A stretch of DNA of 64,000 nt from an uncultured bacterium (GTDB lineage: Bacteria; Patescibacteriota; Andersenbacteria; UBA10190; CAIZMI01). Positions within the stretch are counted from its first letter, which is position 1; the number at the start of each line of letters is the position of its first letter. The stretch spans positions 10,868 to 74,867 of the forward strand of contig CAIZMI010000021.1 in NCBI GenBank assembly GCA_903934015.1. The letters are read 5' to 3'. Positions 17,778 through 28,970 of the stretch are shown piece by piece. The notes beneath the pieces were generated by a model. It was not told the DNA's origin. It saw only the letters and a program-made list of their open reading frames with translations, and did not search any database. Made by a program: the position numbers and the translations under genes.

Positions 17778-20492
17778 ATGGCACAACTTATTTGCGAAAA
17801 ATGTAAAATTCGCCCTGCGGCGATTACGTTGCTACGCACCGTAAACGGTAAAGAACAGAGAATCAATCTTTGTAATGCTTGTGCAGAAGAAATGCAGGTA
17901 TTTGGTCAGCCTTTTGCCGACTTCGGACAATTTTTTAATGATCCGATGTTGGGCAACAAGCGTATTCCCGGGTGGCAACCTCGTGAAGAAGAACGAGTAA
18001 ATATTTTGGAAATGTTTGCCGATCGCGCGAAAGATGTTTTAGTAAAAGCATCCGCGATGGCGATGGAGAGGGGCGCAAAATATTTAGATACGGAACATTT
18101 GTTAATCGGTGTGGCGCAGGAAGGTGAAGTAGGAGAGAAGCTTCTTAAAGAGTTGGATGTTAAACCGGATGATTTAGTGAATTACTTGAAAGAAAATACC
18201 GCCAAAGGAGAAATGCGGACGACTGAACCGGAGCTTTCGCCACGTGCGAAGCAAGCGTTGGAGCTAGCTTTTCATGCGTCGCGCAATCTTGAACACGATT
18301 ATGTGGGCAGTGAGCATATTTTGCTTGGGTTAATTTTAGAAGCGGAAGGTTTGGCCGCGCAGACCTTAAAAAAATATGGCATTACCGAAACAAAAGCGCG
18401 ACAAGCAATTTTGTCGCTTGTTGGTGCAAAAGGAAAAAAGAAAGGACCCGTTGCGGAAAAAAGCAAGACACCGACACTGGATATTTACTCGCGTGATTTG
18501 TCGCAATTGGCGCGTGAGGGAAAACTTGATCCGGTGATTGGTCGTGCGTCGGAAGTACAGCGCGTGATTCAAATTTTAAGTCGGCGCACAAAAAATAATC
18601 CTGTGTTGATTGGTGAGCCTGGTGTTGGTAAGACGGCGATTGCGGAGGGATTGGCTGCGCGCATCGCATCAAATACAATTCCTGAAGGTTTGCGTGGTAA
18701 AAGAGTGTTGGCCTTGGATTTGCCTGGTATGTTGGCGGGAACAAAATTTCGCGGTGAATTTGAAGAACGCTTAAAAAAATCCGTAGAAGAGATTCAAAAA
18801 GCCAGTAATGAAATTATTTTGTTTATTGATGAATTGCACACAGTAGTTGGAGCGGGTTCGACGGGCGAAGGCGGGGGAATGGATGCGGCAAATATATTAA
18901 AGCCCGCATTAGCGCGTGGTGAACTGCAAGCAATAGGCGCAACGACTCTTAACGAATACCGTAAATACATTGAAAAGGATTCGGCGCTGGAGCGACGTTT
19001 TCAGCCCGTACTTGTTGCAGAACCAAGTGTGGAAGATGCAATAGAGATTTTGCGTGGGCTGAAGGATCGTTATGAGGCACATCATAAGGTGCGAATTACC
19101 GATGAAGCAATTCAGGCGGCATCGGTGTTATCCGAAAAATATATTCGTGACCGTTTTTTGCCTGACAAAGCAATTGATTTGGTGGATGAAGCGGCGGCTA
19201 AAGTGAGACTATCGGCTTTAGAAAAGCCGGATGAAATGACTAATAAGGAAAATAATTTAAAACGTTTGAAACGCGAACGTGCCGCGGCACAGCGTGTTGT
19301 GAATAAAGAGAAAGAAAAAAAACTTGCCGATGAAATTGATAAAATCACCAAAGAAATTACTGAGCTTCAGGCGCAATGGCATTCTAAGAGGGGAGTAACA
19401 GATTTGGAGGTTCGGGCAAGTGATATAGAGCAAATTATCGCTCAGTGGACTGGAATCCCAGTTGAGAAACTGTCTGCGACCGAATTAGACCGTCTTTTGA
19501 AATTGGAAGAGTTGTTGCATCGTCGTGTTATCGGGCAAGAGGAAGCCGTTCGTGTCATTTCAGAAGCGGTACGTCGGGCACGCGCCGGAATGAAAGATCC
19601 GAAACGACCTATTGGATCATTTCTTTTTTTGGGGCCGACGGGTGTAGGCAAAACGGAACTGTCTCGCGCATTAGCTGAGGCCCTATTTGGTGACGAAGAC
19701 GCGATGATTCGCATTGATATGACGGAGTATATGGAAAAACACGCGGTCTCACGTTTGATTGGATCTCCACCAGGATATGTTGGTTATGATGAGGGTGGGC
19801 AACTCACAGAAAAAGTGCGTCGAAAGCCTTACAGTGTGATTTTATTGGATGAAATTGAAAAAGCACATCCGGATGTGATGAATATCTTGTTGCAGGTTTT
19901 GGATGATGGACGTTTAACAGATGGAAAAGGAAAGACGATCGATTTCAAAAATACGATTATTATTGCTACATCCAATATTGGGAGTAAGGAAATTCACACT
20001 GCAACAGCTGAAGAAATACCTTCCGCGGAAAATTGGAACAAACTTAAACAAGCGCTCTTGGAGCATCTTAAAGATGTTTTTCGACCGGAATTTTTAAATC
20101 GTCTGGATGAAATAGTTGTTTTTCATGCTCTTTCTAAAATGCATGTCCAGCAAATTACAGACTTATTATTGCAAGAAGTGGTAAGAAGGATGCACGCGCA
20201 GAGTTTCAATCTATTGGTAAGCAGTGATGTGAGAAATCGGGTGGCTCAGGATGGTTTTGATCCAAGTTTTGGAGCAAGGCCACTTAGGAGGGAAATACAG
20301 CATCGTTTAGAGAATCCATTGGCTACAGCGCTTCTGAAGCAAACTTTCCCGCGTGGTGCAACGATTCGGGCTGTCTTGAGGGGTGACGATGTGGTGTTTG
20401 AAGTCGAAGATGGGATTCAAAAGAAGTCTGAAAAACCGAAGAAAAGCTTGTCTTCACGAGGCGTTTCAATACGGAAGAAATCTCTCGCCTAG
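17778..20492 (+). CDS. clpC: Hsp100/Clp ATPase, ClpC family with ClpG/ClpK-like features
   Basis: N-terminal CxxC..CxxC, Clp_N repeats, Walker A motifs GEPGVGKT and [25 protein letters not shown]; no IGF/LGF loop seen after TSNIG. Confidence 0.9.
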   Translation: MAQLICEKCKIRPAAITLLRTVNGKEQRINLCNACAEEMQVFGQPFADFGQFFNDPMLGNKRIPGWQPREEERVNILEMFADRAKDVLVKASAMAMERGAKYLDTEHLLIGVAQEGEVGEKLLKELDVKPDDLVNYLKENTAKGEMRTTEPELSPRAKQALELAFHASRNLEHDYVGSEHILLGLILEAEGLAAQTLKKYGITETKARQAILSLVGAKGKKKGPVAEKSKTPTLDIYSRDLSQLAREGKLDPVIGRASEVQRVIQILSRRTKNNPVLIGEPGVGKTAIAEGLAARIASNTIPEGLRGKRVLALDLPGMLAGTKFRGEFEERLKKSVEEIQKASNEIILFIDELHTVVGAGSTGEGGGMDAANILKPALARGELQAIGATTLNEYRKYIEKDSALERRFQPVLVAEPSVEDAIEILRGLKDRYEAHHKVRITDEAIQAASVLSEKYIRDRFLPDKAIDLVDEAAAKVRLSALEKPDEMTNKENNLKRLKRERAAAQRVVNKEKEKKLADEIDKITKEITELQAQWHSKRGVTDLEVRASDIEQIIAQWTGIPVEKLSATELDRLLKLEELLHRRVIGQEEAVRVISEAVRRARAGMKDPKRPIGSFLFLGPTGVGKTELSRALAEALFGDEDAMIRIDMTEYMEKHAVSRLIGSPPGYVGYDEGGQLTEKVRRKPYSVILLDEIEKAHPDVMNILLQVLDDGRLTDGKGKTIDFKNTIIIATSNIGSKEIHTATAEEIPSAENWNKLKQALLEHLKDVFRPEFLNRLDEIVVFHALSKMHVQQITDLLLQEVVRRMHAQSFNLLVSSDVRNRVAQDGFDPSFGARPLRREIQHRLENPLATALLKQTFPRGATIRAVLRGDDVVFEVEDGIQKKSEKPKKSLSSRGVSIRKKSLA

Positions 20493-20619
20493 CGTAGTGG
20501 AGTACCCAAGGGTGCTCTATTTAGGAGGTGATCGGCGCGTTATTTTCTTAATCAGTGCGCGGTTACGTTTTGCCGGTTTGCAAAAAAACAGGCCCTATGT
20601 TACCGTATAAGTCATACAT

Positions 20620-20889
20620 ATGAGTAAAGTTGATACGGAAAAACCAAAGATTATTCAAAAGTATCGTATTCATGATACTGATACCGGTTCTCCGGAGGTT
20701 CAAATTGCGATTTTCACAGAAAAAATCGTGGAATTGACGGAACACTTGAAGACACACAAGAAAGATCAGCACTCACGTCGTGGTTTGTTGGGAATGGTGA
20801 GCAAGCGCAAGCGTTTGTTGACCTATTTACAGCGCGAAGATTTGCCACGATATACGCAAATCATCAAAAAACTAAAGCTTAAAGGATAA
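20620..20889 (+). CDS. rpsO: 30S ribosomal protein S15
   Basis: [36 protein letters not shown]. Confidence 0.98.
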   Translation: MSKVDTEKPKIIQKYRIHDTDTGSPEVQIAIFTEKIVELTEHLKTHKKDQHSRRGLLGMVSKRKRLLTYLQREDLPRYTQIIKKLKLKG

Positions 20890-21292
20890 GAGGGAACAAC
20901 TGTAGGTTGTTTGGGTTTATTGAGTGATAAGGAAGATCACTGTTTTTTTGAGTTTAATGACTCCCCAAATGTCTAATTACTAATGAAATTTCAAAATGTC
21001 TAAATGCGACGCGTTCCATTAGAAATTGGGAATTAGATATTGGAAATTATTTGTGGTGATGTTGTGTATAGATGAAAAAGGTGATAATCTCGAATAAACC
21101 CTCGTAAATGGTGGAGTACAAAGGGTTCTCCATGCGTTCTCTTATTATTATTTCGATCGGTAATTGAGCGCCCAACTTTTTAGGCGGTCTTCATACACAC
21201 ATGGTTTGCGGGAAATTCCTCAATAAACCTTGTTGCATGACGATCGGTTAAATGAATTGGTAAAACCGGCGAAAAAAGAAAGGTAAAAAATT

Positions 21293-23404
21293 ATGGCGGA
21301 AGCCAAATCAAACGAGTTTAAAAAAACCATCGGTGGTGAAGAGTTTATTTTGACCATTGGCGGATTAGCTCCTCAAACTGACGCATCGGTAACTTGCCAA
21401 ATTGGTGGGACATTTGTGTTGGCAACGGTGGTAATGTCGGGCGAATGTCGTCCAGGTGTTGATTACATGCCGTTGTTGGTGGAATACGAAGAAAAGTATT
21501 ACGCAGCCGGTAAAATCAAGGGTAGTCGTTTTGTGAAGCGTGAAGGTCGTCCAACAGATACGGCAGTAACGACCAGTCGCATGATTGATCGTGCTTTGCG
21601 TCCACTTTTCCCTGATAATATGTTGAATGATGTACAGGTTGTAACAACTGTTTTGTCTTATGATGGGGAACATCAACCAGACGTTCCGGCAATGATTGCC
21701 GCCAGTACGGCTTTGGCAATTTCACGAACCCCGTGGGCTGGTCCGCTCGCTATGGTGCGCGTGGGCAAAATCGACGGTCAATTTGTGATCAATCCAAAAG
21801 TTTCCGACGTTGAGAAGAGCGAATTGGATTTAATCGTCTCCGGCACCAAAGATGAGGTTGTGATGTTGGAAGCGGGAGGCAAAGAAGTTCCGGAAGCTAC
21901 TTTGTTTGAAGCTATTCAGTTTGGTCAAAAAGAAGTTTCTTCCATTGCGGAATTGATTTTGGACATTCAAAAACAATTTGGCGTGGAAAAAAGTGACTAT
22001 ATCAAGTCGGATGTTCCGGCGGAATTGGTTGCGCGTATCAAAGAAGTGGCGCAAGTATCGGCTGAAGTTATCTTTGAAAAAGGTGGTAGAAAAATGGATA
22101 TTGAGAAAGGTTTCTCAGAATTAACTGCGAAAGTGGTTGCTCAATTGGAACTTAAAGATAAGGATGTTTATTCCGCCAAAAAAGCCATTCGCGAAATTTA
22201 TCGCGACATCACCCGTGAGAAGATCCTAAGCGAAGGGAAGCGTATGAATAGTCGCGGATTGGACGAAGTAAGAAAGATTTCCGTTAAGCTTGGCGTTGTG
22301 CCTCGTGCTCACGGTTCCGCCTTGTTTGAACGTGGTGAAACACAAGTCTTGACTATTATTACCCTTGGTTCCCCTGGAGACGCGATGCTTTTGGACACAA
22401 TGACAGATAACGATTTCGAAAAGCGTTATATGCATTTCTACAATTTCCCGGCTTTTTCCGTCCACGAAGTGCGTCCAAATAGGGGTCCCGGTCGTCGGGA
22501 TATCGGTCATGGCGCTTTGGCTGAAAAAGCAATTGAACAATTGATTCCCAATAAAGAACAGTTTGGGTACTCGATTATGGCTGTTTCTGAAGTTTTGTCA
22601 TCGAACGGTAGCAGTTCACAGGCTTCGGCTTGTGGTAGTTCATTGGCACTTATGGATGCCGGTGTGCCGATTTCTTCTACTGTTGCCGGAATTGCAATGG
22701 GTCTAGTTACTGATGAAAAGAATCAGGGTCGTAAGTCAGTCGTACTTTCGGATATTGCTGGCATGGAAGATGAGGGTTGTGATATGGACTTCAAGGTTGC
22801 CGGAACACGTACCGGTATCACGGCAGTACAAGTTGATATAAAGACACATGGTATTTCAATGGAAGTAATCGAACAAGCAATTAAGGGAGCGAAAGTCGCT
22901 CGTTTGAGCATCATAGAAACAATGGAGTCTGTTATTAAAGAGGCGCGCAAAGAAATGTCGCCATTTGCTCCACGTTTGATTACAATCCGTATCAATCCGG
23001 AAAAGATTGGTGATCTTATTGGGCCAAAGGGTAAGAATATCAATAAGATTATCGAAGAGACCGGCGTGCAAATCGATGTCGAGGATGATGGTTTGGTGAC
23101 AATCACTGCCAAAGATCCGGTTGGTATGGAAAAGGCCAAAGTATGGGTTGAAAATTTGACCCATGAGGTAAAAGCCGGCGAACGTTTTGATGGTCGAGTA
23201 ACACGTTTGATGAATTTTGGCGCCTTCGTAGAAGTTTTGCCTGGTATCGAAGGTATGGTGCATATTTCCGAGTTGGCAGATCAGCGTGTGAATCGCGTGG
23301 AAGATGTTGTAAAGGTTGGTGATCGAATTCCTGTCGTTGTGATTGAGATTGATGATAAGGGTCGTATTAACCTTTCGCATAAACGCGCAAAAAAGGTAGA
23401 ATAA
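21293..23404 (+). CDS. pnp: Polyribonucleotide nucleotidyltransferase
   Basis: YAAGKIKG..KREGRP, HGSALFERGETQ, SNGSSSQAS, DMDFKVAGT, KH and S1 domains; downstream of rpsO. Confidence 0.97.
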   Translation: MAEAKSNEFKKTIGGEEFILTIGGLAPQTDASVTCQIGGTFVLATVVMSGECRPGVDYMPLLVEYEEKYYAAGKIKGSRFVKREGRPTDTAVTTSRMIDRALRPLFPDNMLNDVQVVTTVLSYDGEHQPDVPAMIAASTALAISRTPWAGPLAMVRVGKIDGQFVINPKVSDVEKSELDLIVSGTKDEVVMLEAGGKEVPEATLFEAIQFGQKEVSSIAELILDIQKQFGVEKSDYIKSDVPAELVARIKEVAQVSAEVIFEKGGRKMDIEKGFSELTAKVVAQLELKDKDVYSAKKAIREIYRDITREKILSEGKRMNSRGLDEVRKISVKLGVVPRAHGSALFERGETQVLTIITLGSPGDAMLLDTMTDNDFEKRYMHFYNFPAFSVHEVRPNRGPGRRDIGHGALAEKAIEQLIPNKEQFGYSIMAVSEVLSSNGSSSQASACGSSLALMDAGVPISSTVAGIAMGLVTDEKNQGRKSVVLSDIAGMEDEGCDMDFKVAGTRTGITAVQVDIKTHGISMEVIEQAIKGAKVARLSIIETMESVIKEARKEMSPFAPRLITIRINPEKIGDLIGPKGKNINKIIEETGVQIDVEDDGLVTITAKDPVGMEKAKVWVENLTHEVKAGERFDGRVTRLMNFGAFVEVLPGIEGMVHISELADQRVNRVEDVVKVGDRIPVVVIEIDDKGRINLSHKRAKKVE

Positions 23405-23439
23405 GAGAGAAGGGGATAATCCCCACACAAATTCACTCA

Positions 23440-25137
23440 ATGAACCAACAACAAAACCAACAACAACCAAATGAATTGCAAAATAAAGCAGAGGCCGCGC
23501 TTTCTGCTTCTTTTGCGATGCCGATAATTCGCACAATGGCCGATGATCTGCTCGAGGTCAGTAAGGGTGTTTCCGTTCCCGTTGTTGCATCCGAGCCACC
23601 GGTTATCGTGATAAAGACAGTACAGCAACCGACAGTTTCAACAAAACCGGCAATCGAATCGGTACCCGCTGTTCCTAAACCAATGGTTTCGCGTTCGGGG
23701 GTGTCTCCCGTTTCCGGTGTCACGCAAAGGCAAATGGCCGGAAATACTGTGGCAATGCCGAGTCCTTTAAAAGAAACCGATAGTAAGTCTTTTGTGATAA
23801 GTATGCTTGTTGGGGTTGGTGTGGCTCTTATTATCGGGGCGGTTGTACTTTCGGGCTATCTTTTTTGGCCAAAGAGGACAAATACGATTGCTGATAAAAT
23901 TCCCGCCGAGACAATTGCGTTTATTAGCGTAAAACGTGGTTCTGGTGCGCTTGAAAAAGCTGTTTTACCGAATATTCTTAAGAGTATGGGATTAAATGAC
24001 GGTTCATTGAATTCAGAATGGAACGAATTAGTTTATGGTGTAATTTCAGGAAGTTCCTCTTCGGAGCCGGTCAGTTATCTTATGACTGATAGTTCCGCAT
24101 CGATAGATGTAAGCGCGAATTCAAATTTGGTATTAAAAAAATTGGCTAACGGTAACAATGTCGTTGTTGATTCTAAAGAAACCGGACGTTTGGATGGTTT
24201 GAGTGGAAATAGTTTGGCCGATACTAACGAATATCGAGCACTGGCAAAACAGTTACCGGTTAGTCCGGAGTATATATTTATTGGGCAAGAGGAAGCGACT
24301 TTGTTTAAGAGTTTTTCGTTGTTATCTTTGGGCGATTCCGGAGCAACGCTTTTTGCCGTAAAACCTTCTGAACAAGGAAGTAATATGCTTCCAGTGGTGC
24401 TTGCGAGAAGTAATAGTGCAGAGTTTGTTAAGAACCAATTGCCTTGGGAGTTGTTGAGTAAGGCGATACCGGCTACTGCTGTCGCTGTTGCGGGGCATGC
24501 TGATGTGGCGAGCGATGTTGATAAATGGCGTTTAAGTAAATCGGATAATCCTCAGATGCAGGAGTTTCTTAACGCATTAACTGCTCAAAGTAGTGCGGTT
24601 GACGCTTTAAAAGCAAATCTTAATGGTAACTATATTGTCGGTTCCTTGGTCACAAATTCACCTGTGCCCGATGGCGTCGCCGTTTTGCCGATAAAAGATG
24701 GAATGACGGCGTTAGTTCAAGCACAGATGACAAGTTTAGAAGAGGCATTGAGGCTACTGGGTCCCTTGGTTGGCGGGGTTGATTATAAAGATGTTCAATT
24801 TTTTGATGGAAATCATCGTGATGTGCCGATAAGGTTTGTAAATTTTGGTGATGCTAGTCGCACGATTGATTACGCGATTGTTGATTCGTTGCTCTTGGTT
24901 TCTACTTCTAAGGGGAGTATGGAACAAATGATTGACGTCTATAAGGGGAGTACGGAAAATTTTGCAATTAGGTTTGCTGAGCAGGCCACAGGCCAAATTG
25001 ATTGGCAGTATCTGCGTTTTGACGAAAATATCGTTGGGCGTTTACCTGTTGCCTTACAGACAATGTTATCCGGTTTTAAATCGACCTATTTCGAACCGAT
25101 TAAAACAGGCGTATACACAGGCAATATCGCGTACTGA
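23440..25137 (+). CDS. Hypothetical membrane-anchored protein (Pro-rich N-terminus, one TM, large extracellular domain)
   Basis: 565-aa ORF; IRTMADDL; TM FVISMLVGVGVALIIGAVVLSGYLFW. Confidence 0.7.
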   Translation: MNQQQNQQQPNELQNKAEAALSASFAMPIIRTMADDLLEVSKGVSVPVVASEPPVIVIKTVQQPTVSTKPAIESVPAVPKPMVSRSGVSPVSGVTQRQMAGNTVAMPSPLKETDSKSFVISMLVGVGVALIIGAVVLSGYLFWPKRTNTIADKIPAETIAFISVKRGSGALEKAVLPNILKSMGLNDGSLNSEWNELVYGVISGSSSSEPVSYLMTDSSASIDVSANSNLVLKKLANGNNVVVDSKETGRLDGLSGNSLADTNEYRALAKQLPVSPEYIFIGQEEATLFKSFSLLSLGDSGATLFAVKPSEQGSNMLPVVLARSNSAEFVKNQLPWELLSKAIPATAVAVAGHADVASDVDKWRLSKSDNPQMQEFLNALTAQSSAVDALKANLNGNYIVGSLVTNSPVPDGVAVLPIKDGMTALVQAQMTSLEEALRLLGPLVGGVDYKDVQFFDGNHRDVPIRFVNFGDASRTIDYAIVDSLLLVSTSKGSMEQMIDVYKGSTENFAIRFAEQATGQIDWQYLRFDENIVGRLPVALQTMLSGFKSTYFEPIKTGVYTGNIAY

Positions 25138-25154
25138 TACGAAGGGGGGAGATG

Positions 25155-25223
25155 AAATAATCAGGGATTTTCCTTTCGTTCACTCTGAACAGGGTTGAAG
25201 AGCAGGAGAATCCCTGATTATTT
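25155..25223. repeat. Intergenic stem-loop
   Basis: aaataatcagggatt...aatccctgattattt. Confidence 0.55.
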
Positions 25224-25575
25224 TATATTACTTATCTGTTTTTTCTTTCGATGAATTTTATATAAAGGAGTGTGATTTAGATTTGCCGGTTGTATTTGGT
25301 ATATAGTATATGAATTTGAGAAATGTTTACGTACTTCAAATTATTACGCATTTTTAAAGTTGTTAGTCATTCCTGCCGAAGACCTCAAATCTTTCGTCAA
25401 GTAATCAATAATCATCTTCTTGTTTTATTAAATAAGGTGTTCGACGTTTGAGTACGGCAGGAATCTGTCGTCGTCGTATGGGAGCATCCTTTATGTACAC
25501 TATTACTTCCGCTTGTAACTACTCACTCCAATGAAAGTTGCTCCATATTTCAATCAAACCTTATTCAAATCACCC

Positions 25576-25632
25576 ATTCCCGTAACAACGGGAATCCACT
25601 TTTTGGTCCCCCGGAGTCTTTGGGGGTGGTGG
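25576..25632 (-). repeat. ATTCCC-N8-GGGAAT plus ccccc..ggggg module, reverse orientation
   Basis: attcccgtaacaacgggaat ... ggtcccccggagtctttgggggtggtgg. Confidence 0.7.
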
Positions 25633-25861
25633 TTTTTCAAGGACTTAATAATCTATTCAAACTTTCATACTGGTGAGTAGTTACATCCTGCATTACACAT
25701 TATTGACAAAACCTGGAAAAGGGAGTAGCGTTATTCGTTAGTTCACGGGAGTGCAGGGCGTGAGGGAGCCTGATCCTTCACAATTGAATATGGGTTAGTT
25801 TCAAGTGGTAGGCTCGTGCTTACCTCAAATTCAAGAGCCGGAAAACGGCAAGGAGTGAAAG

Positions 25862-26296
25862 ATGAGTTTTGATTTTTTCCCAATCTATGTGCTGGTGCAC
25901 ATGTTTGAAGATTGGCCCGTCGGGACCATTATTGGGGTTGTGGTGGTGGCCACCATGGTTTGTATGCTAGCCTTGATTGTGTATGTGGTTGGTAGTTTTC
26001 TTGACTCCTGTTTTTTGAAAACAAAACGGGCAGTTGGTAAAATCGTGGGAAAGGATTTTGTTCCGGCCCACAGCACAATGATCATGATTTTTAACCCCAT
26101 CCTCAAGATGAGTGTGCCACAACTGATACACCACTCTGATGACTGGAGATTGTGCATCGAGGTCGATGGAAAACAGACATGGACGTCTGTTTTGTCCAAT
26201 TATTACGAAAAAGTCACAAGTGGTGACGAAACCACCGTCGACTACGCAACCGGACGGTTCAGTGGGCGCCTATACGTAAAAGCTGTTTATGGATAG
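25862..26296 (+). CDS. Hypothetical membrane protein
   Basis: SD aaggag, N-terminal TM, TTGACA at 25703. Confidence 0.6.
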   Translation: MSFDFFPIYVLVHMFEDWPVGTIIGVVVVATMVCMLALIVYVVGSFLDSCFLKTKRAVGKIVGKDFVPAHSTMIMIFNPILKMSVPQLIHHSDDWRLCIEVDGKQTWTSVLSNYYEKVTSGDETTVDYATGRFSGRLYVKAVYG

Positions 26297-26515
26297 AGCC
26301 GCATGAGGACTCGATAAACTTCATCGTTCAATAAAATCGAACGGTCAAACAGTCTGATGAGAAATCTTCAAGGCTGTTTTTTTTATGAATAAATAAACAT
26401 ATTTATAATAAAGGTCTATATAAATAGGGAGGTAAGTAAATTAAACTAGTAATTTTACGGAGTATCCTTTCGCAAGATACTCCCTAAAACAATGTACTAA
26501 TACAATTAACCTCGC

Positions 26516-26539
26516 GTAGGGGCAATTCATGAATTGCCC
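26516..26539. repeat. GTAG-tagged REP-like palindrome
   Basis: gtaggggcaattcatgaattgccc; sister copy taggggcgattcatgaatcgccccta at 60783-60808. Confidence 0.7.
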
Positions 26540-27610
26540 AAAAATAGCACGCCGAAATTTGTATCGATATGTTAATGAAATAAATTTTGTTTTGATTTGA
26601 TATGGAAAAGAAAATGTGCGTCTGGTAAAAAACAACAAGACAATTTTTAAGGTCCGACCCTTGCAATGGTTGGACCTTAAAGTGTCACAACAGGTCGCCA
26701 AAAAATACGTAATAAAATAGGTTACCAAATAAGTAAACGGTATGAACACTATCGTTGTGCAGACAGAACACAAATAGTGTTCAATAGTTAAATATGAGCA
26801 CAAATTGGCTTCAATAATCACTATATTATGATGAAAATTAATGTGTAAAGTATTACAAAAATATCGAGTAATGAGAGAATGAAATCGTGATTGATTATGT
26901 TAAAAAGTGAGCGAATTGTTTGATCTGCCAGCCCATTGAATATGTAATATATTGCTGTTTAAATTGGTAGAAAATTGACTGAAACAAATGCATGATTTAA
27001 ATGAAAATTCGTGACAATATTGTTATAAGATATGGCAATATATTTATTTAATTTTGTCGCGTAATTAGTATATGAAGTAAATAAAAATATGTTGTATATT
27101 CGTGTGCTGAAAAGTTCATTGTTGTGTCCAGTTTTATTGAAATAAGAAAGCTTAATTGATTCATATATTTATATGATTGACGTTGGGAATATATATCCCT
27201 TGTTGCGTATTTGTTGTACTCATTCTGCTCACGAACAGGTGTAACAATGCGATAAGTGATGATTGTATTCTACGCAATAAATCGTTTATGGATGATGTTG
27301 CTAAGTATAGGTAAGCAGTTCTCCTTCAAGGTGGTGCACGCTTGTACTATCTCCGAGTTGGACGTTACAAAAACACTCTTTACTTACAAGCGGTAATAAT
27401 TATTGGTGGAAAATTAATATTCGTGGCTCGCTACGCGTGAAGTGTTGTGGTTGTTACAGTTTGAGCCATTATTTTCCGGACATATTCTTCCTCTGTGGAA
27501 AAGTAGGGAGGTGAATAGTTAATCATTAATCAAATTGTTATTAGGTAAATTAATTCAATTATTAATTTGCGTGCTTAGGTAAGCCAAATTAGTTATTTTT
27601 TATTGAAGGA

Positions 27611-27639
27611 TTGACGAGACCTCTTTTTTCTGCTATGAT
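27611..27639 (+). promoter_or_regulatory. Sigma70-type promoter with extended -10
   Basis: TTGACG-17 bp-TATGAT with TG upstream of the -10. Confidence 0.7.
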
Positions 27640-27645
27640 AAATGG

Positions 27646-28090
27646 GTAGTAAGTAGTTTGTTCATTCGAAATTGACTTAAATCCATCGGTCGAAGGTGTT
27701 AATGAATTGGAGTCACCTTTCGACCACTAATCTCCCCCTATTAGTGGTCGTAAGGTGTCTCTGAACAAAGTGATGTGCACGCATCCATCAAAAAAACAAA
27801 AACAAACACCTCAAAAAAAGATTGCACTTTTGATCTTTGGAGGAGATAGGTAGGAAAAAGAGTTTTTGGGAGATTAATCTTTTTCTTCACCGGAAGATCG
27901 GAGTCACCGACTTATTCGTTCGTGCAGGAGAATAAGTGAAATCGCTCTAAGCGTCATGAAGTCATGTCCTCCGGGCACTCGTACACAGAATAATTTCTGT
28001 TTAGGAGCGCTCGGACGATGTGCAGACTCTTAGGGCTTAAAGCCCTAGTAGGCACATATTTATTTATTGGCCGTTATCTAGGGCTTTTCC
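27646..28090 (+). ncRNA. Candidate structured ncRNA or long 5' leader (family unknown)
   Basis: No ORF of 60 aa or more; at least six stems after a strong promoter; no match recognised to RNase P, tmRNA, SRP or T-box. Confidence 0.4.
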
Positions 28091-28123
28091 ATATCTATTA
28101 AATTTATCCATCATAAAAATCAA

Positions 28124-28480
28124 ATGACATTACCTAAGGAATTTGTCGCCGGTCAAAAAGAAAAATTGCTAGCCGAAAAAATATTGTTGGAATCGGAACT
28201 TAATAAAATTTCCACCAAAGATAATAATTTGGAAGGGAACTTTGATGCCAACTTTCCGGATTACGGCAGATCGCCGGAAGATAACGCGACTGAGGGTGAA
28301 GAATATTCATCGCGGGTGGGAATTGAGAATTCGCTTGAATTAAAATTGCAAGATGTTAATTTGGCGCTGGACAATATAAAAGAAAATAATTATGGCGTGT
28401 GCAATAAGTGTGGTGCAGAGTTGGAACAAGACAGGCTAGTGGTGATGCCATCGGCGACGCGTTGTGTAACTTGTAAGTAA
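28124..28480 (+). CDS. TraR/DksA C4-type zinc finger protein
   Basis: Coiled coil followed by YGVCNKCG..RL..MPSATRCVTC. Confidence 0.88.
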   Translation: MTLPKEFVAGQKEKLLAEKILLESELNKISTKDNNLEGNFDANFPDYGRSPEDNATEGEEYSSRVGIENSLELKLQDVNLALDNIKENNYGVCNKCGAELEQDRLVVMPSATRCVTCK

Positions 28481-28501
28481 TTATTGGCGATAATTATTTT
28501 G

Positions 28502-28930
28502 ATGTTGGTTAAATCAAAATACTTTGGTTTGGTTTTAGGTGTAGTAGTTTCGGACGTCGTAATAAAGTTTGTCGTCGAAAAATATCTGGCGCGTGAGTTT
28601 GCGTTTGGATTATTTAGAATTGGCAATTATGAAAATCCACAGGGTCTTTTTGGGCTTGTTGGTATTACTGAAATTATTTTAATTAACATACTTGTTTTTG
28701 GAGCGGTTGTTTTTTTAATTTGGAAATCTGAAAATGAGCGGGAACGGATGGCGTTGTTATTTATTATTTCCGGAGGGGCACTGAATTTATTTGAAAGAAT
28801 TGCATTAGGTTTTGTGAAAGATAATTTTGCGATTGGAAATTTGGGATATTTTAATTTCGCGGATGTGGCGATTGGGACGGGGATTGTGATTTTGATTAGA
28901 GAATATATTTATTCAAGTAAGAAAGTTTGA
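28502..28930 (+). CDS. lspA: Signal peptidase II (lipoprotein signal peptidase)
   Basis: DVVIK, NPQGLFG, GGALNLFER..GFVKD and FNFADVAI (both catalytic Asp positions present). Confidence 0.85.
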   Translation: MLVKSKYFGLVLGVVVSDVVIKFVVEKYLAREFAFGLFRIGNYENPQGLFGLVGITEIILINILVFGAVVFLIWKSENERERMALLFIISGGALNLFERIALGFVKDNFAIGNLGYFNFADVAIGTGIVILIREYIYSSKKV

Positions 28931-28970
28931 ATAGGTTCTAGTCTTGGATAAGTTTGACCAAGATCGTAAC

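Noticed and set aside
22856-23536. Long antisense ORFs within pnp and other core genes
   Set aside because: Shadow ORFs opposite well-supported genes, with no recognisable motifs.
26300-27600. Replication origin
   Set aside because: No cluster of TTATCCACA boxes seen and no dnaA nearby.
27646-28090. RNase P RNA, tmRNA or T-box leader
   Set aside because: No GAGGAAAGTCC, tRNA-like ends or T-box consensus found on either strand.
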